DNA from: Halobacteriales archaeon QH_7_65_31
GTDB taxonomy: Archaea > Halobacteriota > Halobacteria > Halobacteriales > Haloarculaceae
Length of the DNA stretch: 64,000 nucleotides
NCBI GenBank assembly: GCA_003021785.1
Contig: PXQU01000005.1
Location: forward strand, 10,850 to 74,849
Direction of reading: 5' to 3'
Shown here piece by piece: positions 34,387 to 44,034 of this stretch. The first letter of the stretch is position 1. Every line of letters begins with the position of its first letter. The notes beneath the pieces were generated by a model. It was not told where the DNA came from and searched no databases. It was given only the letters and a program-made list of their open reading frames with translations. The translations under genes and the position numbers were made by a program.

Positions 34387-34755
34387 ATGAACGTACTGCT
34401 GGGCATCGGCGGGAGCGGGGACTCCTTTCGCGCTCTGGAGAAGACGATCACGCGAGCACAGGAGGCCGGCGACACGCTCACCGTCGCCATCCTCGAAAAT
34501 CCCGACTCCGAGCCGAACCCCGAGGAGCTGGTCGAGCGCGCACGCACCGCCCTCGCCGAGGCGGGACTCGATCCAGATGTCCGTACCCTCGACGGCCACG
34601 CGGGGAGCCAGCTCGTCGACTTCGCAGAAAGCGAAGGGTACGAGCTCATCGTCCTCGGCGGCGGTGAGACCAGCCCGCTGGGCAAGGTGCAGCTCGGTTC
34701 GATCGCGGAGTTCGTCCTGTTGAACGCCACCGTCTCTGTCACCCTCGTCAGATGA
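34387..34755 (+). CDS. Universal stress protein (UspA family)
   Basis: 122 aa. MNVLLGIGGS... plus a C-terminal G-x2-G-x9-G-S-like segment (VLGGGETSPLGKVQLGSIAEFVL). Confidence 0.85.
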   Translation: MNVLLGIGGSGDSFRALEKTITRAQEAGDTLTVAILENPDSEPNPEELVERARTALAEAGLDPDVRTLDGHAGSQLVDFAESEGYELIVLGGGETSPLGKVQLGSIAEFVLLNATVSVTLVR

Positions 34756-35288
34756 GCCGGATCTACCCCGACGAGGTCGCCGGCCCGTACGACCCGCCGC
34801 CGCACGCGTTCACGGATAAGGCCGACCGCGAGATCTCGATCCGTCGCTTCGAGGACACGGAGGCGCTCGTAGAGATGTATCTCGCCTTCGACCCCGAGGA
34901 CCGGGCACAGGGAATCCCCCCGACGACGGAAGATGAGATACGCGACTGGCTCGACACCGTCGTCTCCGACGGGGGCGTCAACGTCGTCGCGTGGCACGGC
35001 GGTGATATTGTCGGCCACGCCACGCTCGTCCCGGACTTCGACAACGAGGAGACGACGCTCGACGAGTTCGAGCTCGCCATCTTCGTCGTCGCGGCGTATC
35101 AGGAGTCGGGGATCGGGTCACAGCTCATCACCGCGCTGCTCGGGGCAGGCCGCGAGGCGGGGATCGACCGGGTCTGGCTCACCGTCGAGCGGTGGAACCA
35201 CGCCGCCGTCGAGCTGTACGAGAAGGTCGGCTTCGAGCCGTCAGACACCGGTAACTTCGAGCTGGAGATGGGTGCGCGACTACGATAG
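34752..35288 (+). CDS. GNAT-family N-acetyltransferase
   Basis: 178 aa. The acetyl-CoA motif A region is YQESGIGSQLITALLGAGREAGIDRVWLTVERWNHAAVELYEKVGF. The start overlaps the usp stop. Confidence 0.85.
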   Translation: MSRIYPDEVAGPYDPPPHAFTDKADREISIRRFEDTEALVEMYLAFDPEDRAQGIPPTTEDEIRDWLDTVVSDGGVNVVAWHGGDIVGHATLVPDFDNEETTLDEFELAIFVVAAYQESGIGSQLITALLGAGREAGIDRVWLTVERWNHAAVELYEKVGFEPSDTGNFELEMGARLR

Positions 35289-36545
35289 CCGGACGTTCTC
35301 ACCCGCTCGCTCCCCGAACTCGCCGTCTTCGTAGACCACGCTGCCACGCACCAGCGTCAGCGACGGGAACACACCCTCCATCCCCTCGAACGGCGTCCAC
35401 TCGCAGTTCGTGTGGAGCGCGTCACCGCGGATCGGCTCCGGGGTCCCGTCGACGAGGACGAGATCGGCGTCGTTCCCCTCGACGAGTCGGCCCTTGTCGT
35501 CGAGTCCGAACCGCTCTGCGGGGTTCGCCGCCGTCAGGTCGCGCACGCGCTCGTGGCTCAGTTCGCCGCGCTCGGCGGCCGCGAGCAGGAGCGGCAGCGC
35601 CGTCTCGACCCCGGGAACCCCCGAGGGAGCCGACCAGACATCGGTGTCCTTCTCCGCGCGGGTGTGGGGCGCGTGGTCGGTCGCGATCATATCGACCGTC
35701 CCGTCGGCGACCCGCTCGAAGACGGCCGCACGGCGTCGTTCGCTCCGGAGCGGGGGGTTCATCCGGCCGTGCGTCCCCAGCTCCGGCAGATCGGCTCGCG
35801 ACAGGAACAGGTGATGCGGCGTCACCTCACAGCTCATCCCCGACGCCGTAGCGGCGTCGATCCCCTCCGGCGTCGAGGCGTGTGCGACGTGAATCTCGGC
35901 GTCGTGCTCGCCGGCGACGGCACAGGCGCGTTCGATCGCTTCGATCTCCGCGTCGGCGGTGCGGAAGGCGCTCCACGCGTCGGCGTCGGTACGTTCGCGG
36001 GCGGTCTCGTCGAACAGGGTCGCGTCCTCGGCGTGGACCGTCACCGGCGTGTCGGTCTCGGTCGCAGCCCCGAGCGCCGTCTCGAACAGCTCGGCGTCGA
36101 TACCCATCTCGCCCGTCGAGTCGGCGAGAAACACCTCACCGAGCGCGAACAGCGGACGTTCGAGCAGCGAGTCGGCGTCCCACGACTCGGTGACACCGCC
36201 GTTGATGCCGTAATCGACGTACGAGCACTCGGCGAGAGCGGCCTTCCGGTCGAACGCCTCCCCGTCGATCGTCGGCGGCTCGGTGTTCGGCTGATCGACG
36301 ACGGTGGTGACACCGCCCGCCGCCGCCGAGCGCGAGCCGCTCGTCCACGTCTCCTTGTGCGGGAACCCCGGCTCGCGGAAATGGACGTGCGTGTCGATCA
36401 TCCCCGGGAGCAGGCGCTTGCCGGTCGCGTCGATGACCCGCTCGCCGTCGACCGGATCGAGCGCCCCGACGGCGGCGACACGCTCGCCGGTCACTCGCAC
36501 GTCCCGAACCCGATCGTCGGCGAGTATCGCGTCCTGAAAGAGCAT
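35280..36545 (-). CDS. pyrC: Dihydroorotase
   Basis: The start is MLFQDAIL at 36545. GMIDTHVHFREPG, HAED and a later DHAPH are typical of the cyclic amidohydrolase PyrC. The upstream part of the track ORF is an artefact. Confidence 0.9.
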   Translation of the reverse strand: MLFQDAILADDRVRDVRVTGERVAAVGALDPVDGERVIDATGKRLLPGMIDTHVHFREPGFPHKETWTSGSRSAAAGGVTTVVDQPNTEPPTIDGEAFDRKAALAECSYVDYGINGGVTESWDADSLLERPLFALGEVFLADSTGEMGIDAELFETALGAATETDTPVTVHAEDATLFDETARERTDADAWSAFRTADAEIEAIERACAVAGEHDAEIHVAHASTPEGIDAATASGMSCEVTPHHLFLSRADLPELGTHGRMNPPLRSERRRAAVFERVADGTVDMIATDHAPHTRAEKDTDVWSAPSGVPGVETALPLLLAAAERGELSHERVRDLTAANPAERFGLDDKGRLVEGNDADLVLVDGTPEPIRGDALHTNCEWTPFEGMEGVFPSLTLVRGSVVYEDGEFGERAGENVRLS

Positions 36546-36579
36546 ACGCCGGCTCCGCCCGCCGAGGATAAAAGTGAGG

Positions 36580-37257
36580 CTACCGCAGCCGCTCGACCGT
36601 CGCGTCGCGACCACCGACGAGCGCCGTCTCCAGCGCTCGGGCCACCCGGTCGGGGTCGCCGTCGCCGCCTGCGCGTGCGACGCTCCCGACGCTGTCGGGG
36701 TCGAACGCGACGCCGAGCGCGTCGTACACGCCATTGAGGACGGCGGCGATTTCCTCGTGGTCCCGGACGACAGCGATACCGGCCGTCTGTGCGACACCCT
36801 TCGAGACGCGCTGTGCGAGTCCGACGAGCTTCCCCGCCGCCGAGAGGGAGTGCTGGCCGGGACAGAACGCGTCGGGCGGCTCCCCGCGCTCGGCCGTCAC
36901 CCCCACCGTTTCGAGTGCACGACGCACGTCCTCGACGGCCTCATCGTAGCGGGCGTCCATCCCGCTCCGGAGGTCTTCGATCGGTTCGAGTCGGAGGAAC
37001 GCGACCGTGTTCCCCGTGTACGCGACCGCACGACCTCCCACGTCGCGCTCGTGTGACGGGTAGCCGTGCTCGCGGGCGATCTCGCGTGCCCGACCGTAGC
37101 CGTCCGCTCTCGTGTCGCGCCGCCCGAACGCCAGCTGTCGGTGGGGTCGCCACGCCCTGACCGCCCCCTCGCCGTCGCTCGCTACGTCTTCCCGGAGCGC
37201 GGCCGTGACGGCGCGGTCGGCGTCGATGTCGGCTCCCTCCCCTCGGACGATTCGCAT
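36580..37257 (-). CDS. Lipoate--protein ligase family protein (BPL/LPL catalytic domain)
   Basis: The start is MRIVRGEG at 37257, giving 225 aa. The pattern GGRAVAYTGNTVAF ... GKLVGLAQRV is typical of LplA/LipB-like catalytic domains. Confidence 0.7.
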   Translation of the reverse strand: MRIVRGEGADIDADRAVTAALREDVASDGEGAVRAWRPHRQLAFGRRDTRADGYGRAREIAREHGYPSHERDVGGRAVAYTGNTVAFLRLEPIEDLRSGMDARYDEAVEDVRRALETVGVTAERGEPPDAFCPGQHSLSAAGKLVGLAQRVSKGVAQTAGIAVVRDHEEIAAVLNGVYDALGVAFDPDSVGSVARAGGDGDPDRVARALETALVGGRDATVERLR

Positions 37258-37307
37258 ACCCGCTCGACGAGCGCGACGGCTAAAGGTCTCCCCTCCCTCC
37301 CTCGGGT

Positions 37308-38150
37308 ATGGTCCGGCTTCCGGCGTCGGTGGCGGCGCGCTACGAGCGGTTCTCGCTGTACAACTCACCGTATCCCGCTCACGACCGCGGCTGTGCCGTC
37401 GATCTCTACCCCGGTGAGAACGGGGGACCAGCGCCCTCCCCGGTCGCCGGCACGGTCCGTGACACCCGAACGGTTCGGTGTCCGTCACGGCCGTACGCCG
37501 TCGAGGAGGACCACCTCATCGTCGTCGAGACCGACGACCGCCTCGCCCGCATCCTCCACGTCGATCCGGCTGTCGACGCTGGCGACGAGGTGGCCGTCGG
37601 TGACTCGCTCGGGCGACTCGTGCGCTCGGGCTTCTTCGGTCGCTGGGTCGACGACCACCTCCACCTCGGCTTTCGCTCGCTCGACGCGAACCCGTACCGT
37701 GCATCGGGATCGCTCCCCGTCGAGATCGACTGCGAGGTCGCTCCCCTCGCGTGGGACGGCACGGGGACGATAGTCGAGACCGGGGCGAGCCACATCCGAC
37801 TCGACGCGCCGGTCTCGACCGAGTGCGACGGGTTCGCCGCCCTCGCCAGCGACGAGGGGATTCCTCTCGACGGCGGACTCGCCCACTACGACGGCGTCGG
37901 AACCTTCGGCCACGCTTCCGACCGGCTCTCGCTGCTCGGGACGACCGTCGCTACCCCGACCGAGACGGGGCTCGCGTGGGACGACGTGGCCGTCACGGTC
38001 GACGGGCGACGCGCTACCGGGCTATCGCTGTTCGCCGCACGGGTCCCGTTCGGCGCGAAGGTCGTCTTCCACGAGGGCCACGACTTCTCCGTCGGCGAGT
38101 CGGTCCGGGTAACGCTCGACGAGACGGACGACCCGATCCGACTGGGGTAG
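37308..38150 (+). CDS. Conserved hypothetical protein with M23/LytM-like motifs in the N-terminal half
   Basis: 280 aa. AHDRGCAVDL, SPVAGTV, GDEVAVGDSLG and DHLHLGF follow the order of M23 metallopeptidase/barrel-sandwich motifs. The assignment is tentative. Confidence 0.65.
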   Translation: MVRLPASVAARYERFSLYNSPYPAHDRGCAVDLYPGENGGPAPSPVAGTVRDTRTVRCPSRPYAVEEDHLIVVETDDRLARILHVDPAVDAGDEVAVGDSLGRLVRSGFFGRWVDDHLHLGFRSLDANPYRASGSLPVEIDCEVAPLAWDGTGTIVETGASHIRLDAPVSTECDGFAALASDEGIPLDGGLAHYDGVGTFGHASDRLSLLGTTVATPTETGLAWDDVAVTVDGRRATGLSLFAARVPFGAKVVFHEGHDFSVGESVRVTLDETDDPIRLG

Positions 38151-38225
38151 TCCGAACGCCGTACCGACGTGGGCCGCTCGACGGATGGCGGAGTCTCTTT
38201 ACCACGGGGGACTCTACCGCGGCGC

Positions 38226-39848
38226 ATGGATAACGACGCAGTGGACGGGTTCGGCTCGCGCCGCTCGACCGTGTACGGGAGCGAGGGGATGGTCGCGACG
38301 AGTCAACCCCTTGCGGCGACCGCCGGACTGGAGACGATGGAGCACGGCGGTAACGCCTTCGACGCGGCGGTCGCGACGGCCGCCGCGCTCAACGTCGTCG
38401 AGCCGACCTCGACCGGGCTGGGAGGTGACGTGTTCGCGCTCTACCGGACGGCAGACGGGGAGGTGGGCGCGATGCGGTCGTGCGGCGGTGCGCCCGAGAA
38501 CGCGACCCGCGAGAACGTCCGTCGCGCACTGGCCGATGACGACGAGCGGCCGAGCGAGGTCGAGATGCCGATGACCGGCCCACAGACCGTGACCGTGCCG
38601 GGGACGGCCCGCGGCTGGGAGGCGACGACCGACCGGTTCGGCGAGCGGACCCTCGGTGAGAACCTCCAGCACGCGATCCGGTACGCGACGGAGGGGTATC
38701 CGGTGTCGCCGGTCATCGCCGACGCGTGGCGACACGCCGACCGGCTGTTCGACGACGAGAACGCTCGCGACGCCTACCTCGTGGACGGGGAGCGCGCGCC
38801 GGAGGCCGGCGAGCATATCACGCTGGACGCGCTCGGCGCGACGCTCGAAACCATCGCGGAGGAGGGAACAGACGCCGTCTACGAGGGGGAGATCGGCGAG
38901 CAGATCGTCGCCGAGATACGGGAGGCGGGCGGTTTCATGACGATGGATGATCTCGCCGCCTTCGAACCGGAGTTTCCCGACCCCGTCTCGACCCGCTACA
39001 ACGGGACCGAGGTGTACGAGCTCCCGCCGAACAATCAGGGACTCATCGTGTTAGAGGCGCTCAACATCGCCCAAGCAGTCGGGGCGAACGAGGCGACGGG
39101 AACCGAGCGCACCCATCTGTTCGTGGAGTCGCTGAAGCGGGCGTTCCACGACGGCCACCGCTACATCACCGATCCCGAGTACGAGGAGCTACCGCCGCTC
39201 AACGGCCCCGAGTGGGCAACAGAGCGGGCCGCCGGGATCGACGAGACCGCCGGCGACGTGGAGTTCATGCAGCAGACGGGCGAGGACGCCGACACCGTCC
39301 TGCTGTGTGTCGCCGACGCCGAGGGGAACGTGGTCTCGTACATCAACTCCCGGTTCGCCGGGTTCGGGTCCGGGCTGGTCGCCGGCGACACGGGTATCGC
39401 ACTCCAGAACCGCGGTGCGTCGTTCTCGCTCGACGACGACCACCCGAACCGGCTCGAACCGGGGAAGCGACCGTTCCACACCCTGATTCCGGGACTCATC
39501 GACTTCGCGCCCGACGACGAGGGGGACGACTGGGCCGCCTTCGGCGTGATGGGCGGGTTCATGCAGCCACAGGGGCATCTTCAGGTGATCGCGAACCTCG
39601 TCGACGAGGGGTTGACGCCACAGCAGGCGCTCGACCGACCGCGCTGGCGCTACCGCGAGGACGGTCGACTCGCCGTCGAGGCGCGGTATCCGACGGACGA
39701 ACAGCACGGGCTCATGCGTCGGGGACACGATCTCGACGTGTTGCCGCCGATTCAGTTCGGGGGCGCGCAGTTCGCCCGCCGTAATAAAGAGGGTGTGCTC
39801 TCGGGCGCGACGGAGCCGCGGAAAGACGGGAACGCGTCGGGTCGGTAG
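38226..39848 (+). CDS. ggt: Gamma-glutamyltransferase
   Basis: The start is MDNDAVDGF at 38226. GMVATSQPLAATAG, GGNAFDAAVA, the autoprocessing region DTVLLCVADAEGNVVSYINS and GGF/MQPQGH match the GGT family. Confidence 0.9.
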   Translation: MDNDAVDGFGSRRSTVYGSEGMVATSQPLAATAGLETMEHGGNAFDAAVATAAALNVVEPTSTGLGGDVFALYRTADGEVGAMRSCGGAPENATRENVRRALADDDERPSEVEMPMTGPQTVTVPGTARGWEATTDRFGERTLGENLQHAIRYATEGYPVSPVIADAWRHADRLFDDENARDAYLVDGERAPEAGEHITLDALGATLETIAEEGTDAVYEGEIGEQIVAEIREAGGFMTMDDLAAFEPEFPDPVSTRYNGTEVYELPPNNQGLIVLEALNIAQAVGANEATGTERTHLFVESLKRAFHDGHRYITDPEYEELPPLNGPEWATERAAGIDETAGDVEFMQQTGEDADTVLLCVADAEGNVVSYINSRFAGFGSGLVAGDTGIALQNRGASFSLDDDHPNRLEPGKRPFHTLIPGLIDFAPDDEGDDWAAFGVMGGFMQPQGHLQVIANLVDEGLTPQQALDRPRWRYREDGRLAVEARYPTDEQHGLMRRGHDLDVLPPIQFGGAQFARRNKEGVLSGATEPRKDGNASGR

Positions 39849-39923
39849 CGACGATACAGTCCTTATCGATCATGATCTACCGATAGACTCTTGTACCTGC
39901 ACTCAGATGTGTAGATAGTTCGC

Positions 39924-41825
39924 ATGGCTCGCGATGAACTACAACCGCAAGATGGTAGCCCAGACAGATTCCTCAGCCGCCGCCAGTGGCTCGCCGCGCT
40001 CGGCGTGACTGGCACTGCCGCCCTCGCCGGCTGTTCGAACGGCAACGGGACCGGAAACGACGGTACGGAAACACAGACGACCGAACGCGGCAATTACGGC
40101 GGCGATACGCCGACCGATACGCCGCGTGACGAGCTGCCGCCGGTCAGCGGAACCTACCGTCCGGCACGTGGCAGTGAGGTCACGACGCTCAACCCGCTGT
40201 ACAACACCGAGAACACGGCGGGCGGGATCATCGACTACACGATGGACTCGACGTTCACGTTCGCGCCGGGCACGGAGGTGTTCCCGCTGGCGCTCGATCT
40301 CCAGTCCGACGACAACGAGGTGTGGGTCGCGACGGTGCGCGACGGACTGGAGTTCAGCGACCCGTACGGCTCGCTGACGGCAGAGGACTACGTCTATCTC
40401 ATCAGCGAGGTCCACCAGCCCAAAACCTTCTCGACGTCGGATAGTTCGAACTTCGGCTCCGACGTGAACGTCACGCAGAACAGCGAGATGGAGTTCCAGA
40501 TCGAGCTGCCGGAGGTCTCGCCGCTGTATCCGGAGACGTACGACCCGCTCATCAACCCGGCTCCGAAGGACCTGATCCAGCCGTACGTCGAGGACGAGGA
40601 CGACGAGGGGATGCGACAGGACGAGGTACTGAACAACCTCGAGTACACCGGCAACCTCGGCCCGTACACCCTCGACACGTGGGAGCGGTCGAACCGCATC
40701 ATCCTCACCCGAAACGAGGACTACTACCTCAAGGACGTCGAGGGCATCGACCGGATCTTCCAGGGTGCGCCGTACTTCGAGCAGATCGAGTCGAAGGTCA
40801 TCCCCGAGCAGTCGTCTCGACTCGCGGCCTTCGAAAAAGGCGAGATCGACGCGGTCGGCGTTCCACCGGAGCAGGTCCAGAAGTTCCAGAACCTCGAAGA
40901 GACCAAAGTCGTCCAGCAGCCGACGCCGTACAACAGCGTCTGTACGTACAACTTCCGTAACAACGGCTGGTCTGCGGGACCGGGGAACCTCTTCCGCAAG
41001 CAGAAGGTCCGACAGGGGCTCGCCTGCGCGGTCAACAAGGCCGACCTCATCGAGGGCGTGTACCGCGGCTACGGAACCCCCGAGTACACGTGGCAGCCGG
41101 AGTGGTCGCAGTTCTACCCGGAGGACGACAGCGGCATCCCGAAGTACGGAAGCGGTGATCTCTACGGGCCGGAGCCGACCCAGAGCCGAATCAAGGAAGG
41201 CATCTCCGATACGGACTACGGCTACGACGGTGACGGGCGACTGCTGAACCCGAGCGGCCAGCAGTGTGAGCTGACGATCTACTGTAGTGCCAACGGCCAG
41301 ACGAACCAGACGTTCGCGCAGTTCATCGCGCGCGAGTTTGAGGAGAACGCCGGTATCGTCGTCAACGTCGAGCCGATCCAGACGGCGCAGTTCGACACGA
41401 ACTACCTCAAACAGCCCGAGACCGACGACGAGACAGAGTGGTCGGCGGGCGCGTACAACCGCGGCGGCTGGGAGCAGACGAGCGACAACACGTGGGACCT
41501 CTCGGTCAACTACGGGCTCAACACGTATCCGCTCAACCCGGCGACGGCGGAGACCTTCTTCATTAAGGACGGCAGTATCAACTACTACGGCTATCAGCCG
41601 GACTGGGACGCCGCGGGGCTGTTCAGCGACGCGTCGAACGCGGAGACCCTCGACGAGCTGAAATCGGTCACCAAGGAGATCTTCGAGAACGTGGCCACGG
41701 CACAGCCGATGGGGATGTTCCTGTTCGGCGTCGACACGCCCGGCTACGCGGCCGACATTCAGGGGCCGGTCCCGAACTTCTTCAGCGGCTGGGACTTCTC
41801 GGCGTGGTACCGCGGAGAGAACTGA
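39924..41825 (+). CDS. ABC transporter substrate-binding lipoprotein, family 5 (Opp/Dpp type), canonical domain order
   Basis: 633 aa with a Tat signal plus lipobox (SRRQWLAALGVTGTAALAGCS). Family-5 motifs appear in the normal order. Confidence 0.92.
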   Translation: MARDELQPQDGSPDRFLSRRQWLAALGVTGTAALAGCSNGNGTGNDGTETQTTERGNYGGDTPTDTPRDELPPVSGTYRPARGSEVTTLNPLYNTENTAGGIIDYTMDSTFTFAPGTEVFPLALDLQSDDNEVWVATVRDGLEFSDPYGSLTAEDYVYLISEVHQPKTFSTSDSSNFGSDVNVTQNSEMEFQIELPEVSPLYPETYDPLINPAPKDLIQPYVEDEDDEGMRQDEVLNNLEYTGNLGPYTLDTWERSNRIILTRNEDYYLKDVEGIDRIFQGAPYFEQIESKVIPEQSSRLAAFEKGEIDAVGVPPEQVQKFQNLEETKVVQQPTPYNSVCTYNFRNNGWSAGPGNLFRKQKVRQGLACAVNKADLIEGVYRGYGTPEYTWQPEWSQFYPEDDSGIPKYGSGDLYGPEPTQSRIKEGISDTDYGYDGDGRLLNPSGQQCELTIYCSANGQTNQTFAQFIAREFEENAGIVVNVEPIQTAQFDTNYLKQPETDDETEWSAGAYNRGGWEQTSDNTWDLSVNYGLNTYPLNPATAETFFIKDGSINYYGYQPDWDAAGLFSDASNAETLDELKSVTKEIFENVATAQPMGMFLFGVDTPGYAADIQGPVPNFFSGWDFSAWYRGEN

Positions 41826-41860
41826 ACAGCGCAACTAACTATCTCAGTCTGATCAACTAA

Positions 41861-42835
41861 ATGGGACTCGAATGGTACATCGCCCGGCGGGTAGCCTGGG
41901 CATTCGTCGTAACTTTCATCATCATCTCCGTAACGTGGGGACTGCTCGCTGCATCGCCGAACCCGCAGGTGTCGAACGCGGTCAGATCCGCAGCGATGAA
42001 CGGCGACGACCCCGCAGAAGCACGTGAAATACAGAAGAAGCGGCTGGGTCTCGACGAGCCGCTCACCAAGCGGTACGTCGATTACATGGTCAGCGTCTAC
42101 ACGCTCAACTGGGGGTGGTCACAGACGCGGAGCCAGCCGGTGACGGAGGCGGTCATGAATGGGCTGTACTACACCGTCCAGTACTCCATTCCGTGGACGA
42201 TACTCGTCATCCTGATATCGCCGCTCATCGGCATCTACTCGGCAGCGAACCAGTACTCGTGGAAGGACCACGCAGCGACCGGGTTCGCCTTCTTCGGGTA
42301 CGCGATACCGAACTTCTTCTTCGGTATCATCCTGCTGTTGATATTCGGGCTCCAACTGGGGTGGATACCGATCACCTACAACACGGACGTCGGGGTGTTC
42401 AGCCTCGCCAACGCGAGACAGCTCGCGATCCCGATCTTCGTCCTCGTCACCGGCTCGATCGGGGGCACGATGCGCGTCGCCCGAAACGAGTCCGCGGAGT
42501 TCATCAACGCCGACTTCGTGAAGACGGCACTGGCGAAAGGCGTCTCACCGTTCCGTATCTACGCGCGACACATCATGCGCCCGACGATGGTTCCGCTCTC
42601 GACGACCGTCGTCGGACAGCTGCTCGCGCTGTTCACCGGTGCGTCGCTGCTGGTCGAGGTCGTCTTCTCGATCCCCGGCTTGGGGCGGCTCCTGTTCCGG
42701 TCGATACTCGCGCAGGACACGAGCATTGTGTTGGGGACCTCGCTGTTCTTCGTGTTCATCGCGACGATCGGCAATCTGATTCAGGATCTGGTGTACACGG
42801 TGCTCGACCCGCGTATCAGCTTCAGTGATCGATAA
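41861..42835 (+). CDS. ABC transporter permease (OppB/DppB-like)
   Basis: 324 aa, six TM segments, EAA loop DFVKTALAKGVSPFRIYARHIMRPT. Confidence 0.92.
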   Translation: MGLEWYIARRVAWAFVVTFIIISVTWGLLAASPNPQVSNAVRSAAMNGDDPAEAREIQKKRLGLDEPLTKRYVDYMVSVYTLNWGWSQTRSQPVTEAVMNGLYYTVQYSIPWTILVILISPLIGIYSAANQYSWKDHAATGFAFFGYAIPNFFFGIILLLIFGLQLGWIPITYNTDVGVFSLANARQLAIPIFVLVTGSIGGTMRVARNESAEFINADFVKTALAKGVSPFRIYARHIMRPTMVPLSTTVVGQLLALFTGASLLVEVVFSIPGLGRLLFRSILAQDTSIVLGTSLFFVFIATIGNLIQDLVYTVLDPRISFSDR

Positions 42836-44031
42836 TGGCGACTGATAAATCATCACGGTTCGACAACGTCGATTGGGAGGCAGTCACCGCCGACAGCGGC
42901 CGCGCGCTCTCCACGAACCTCCTCGGGACACTGCTGTGTGTCGTTCCCCTGATCGCGCTGCTCGTGTACGATTTCGTCGCGCTCGGTCAGTACGAAGATA
43001 CGTTCGCGTTCGTCGGCATCGGCTACGACGTGACGCAGCTCGACTGGCTGTTCGCGCTCAGTCTCATCCTGTTCGTGTTCTACGCGCTACTGCCGCTGTA
43101 TCAGAACCCGCGGATCACTCGCTACTACTGGCGTGAGTTCAAGCGGAACCGCCCGGCGGTCGTTAGCTTGGCGTTTTTGACGTTCGTCTTCGTCGTCGGC
43201 CTGCTCGGCCCGATCTTCATCTCACAGCCCGAGATCGATCTGGTCACGCAGTACCAGCCGCCGATCGGTATGAGCGTCCAGAACACGTATCCGGTCCAGT
43301 GTCTCGGTGAGGTGACGAGCGGGGCGAGCGGCCAGCTCTGTCATGGCTCGCTCGCACACCCGCTCGGGACCGACTCCCGGGGGCGTGACATCCTCGTGAT
43401 GCTCATCTACGGGATGCAGGTCACGGTGAAGATCGCGTTCATCACCTCGCTCATCGTCATCACGATCGGGACGGCCGTCGGCACGGTCGCGGCCTACTCC
43501 GGCGGCATGATCGACGAAGTGCTGATGCGCTACGTCGACGTACAGCAGTCGTTCCCGACGTTCATCGCGTACCTGCTCATCCTGTACGCGTACGGCGGGG
43601 GGCTGTTCTTGTTCATCGTCCTGTTCGGGACGTTCGCGTGGGAGGGGACCGCCCGGTACGTCCGGAGTAACGCGTTGACCAAGTCCGAAGACGAGTTCAT
43701 GAAGTCGGCCGAACTGACCGGTGCGAGCACGTACCATATCATCACCCGTCACCTGATCCCCAACACCGCGAGCAGTATCATCACGATCCTCACGCTGCTC
43801 GTTCCCGGATTCATCCTCGCAGAGGCACAGCTCGCGTTCCTCGGGCTGGGTGATCCGACCGCGCCGTCGTGGGGACAGCTCCTCTCGACCGGACGGGACG
43901 CGCTCCCGTACGCGCCGTGGATCACCCTCATGCCGGGATTCTTAATCTTCCTGACGATCCTCGCGTTCAACTTCCTCGGGGACGCGGTCCTCGATGCACT
44001 GAATCCGGAGGCGCAGGCCGAATCCGAGTAA
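42835..44031 (+). CDS. ABC transporter permease (OppC/DppC-like)
   Basis: 398 aa. An N-terminal extension is followed by the canonical core, with EAA loop DEFMKSAELTGASTYHIITRHLIPN. Confidence 0.9.
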   Translation: MATDKSSRFDNVDWEAVTADSGRALSTNLLGTLLCVVPLIALLVYDFVALGQYEDTFAFVGIGYDVTQLDWLFALSLILFVFYALLPLYQNPRITRYYWREFKRNRPAVVSLAFLTFVFVVGLLGPIFISQPEIDLVTQYQPPIGMSVQNTYPVQCLGEVTSGASGQLCHGSLAHPLGTDSRGRDILVMLIYGMQVTVKIAFITSLIVITIGTAVGTVAAYSGGMIDEVLMRYVDVQQSFPTFIAYLLILYAYGGGLFLFIVLFGTFAWEGTARYVRSNALTKSEDEFMKSAELTGASTYHIITRHLIPNTASSIITILTLLVPGFILAEAQLAFLGLGDPTAPSWGQLLSTGRDALPYAPWITLMPGFLIFLTILAFNFLGDAVLDALNPEAQAESE

Positions 44032-44034
44032 CCA

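Noticed and set aside
39939-41834. 631-aa minus-strand ORF
   Set aside because: It is antisense to the second SBP gene, Arg/Val-rich, with no motifs.
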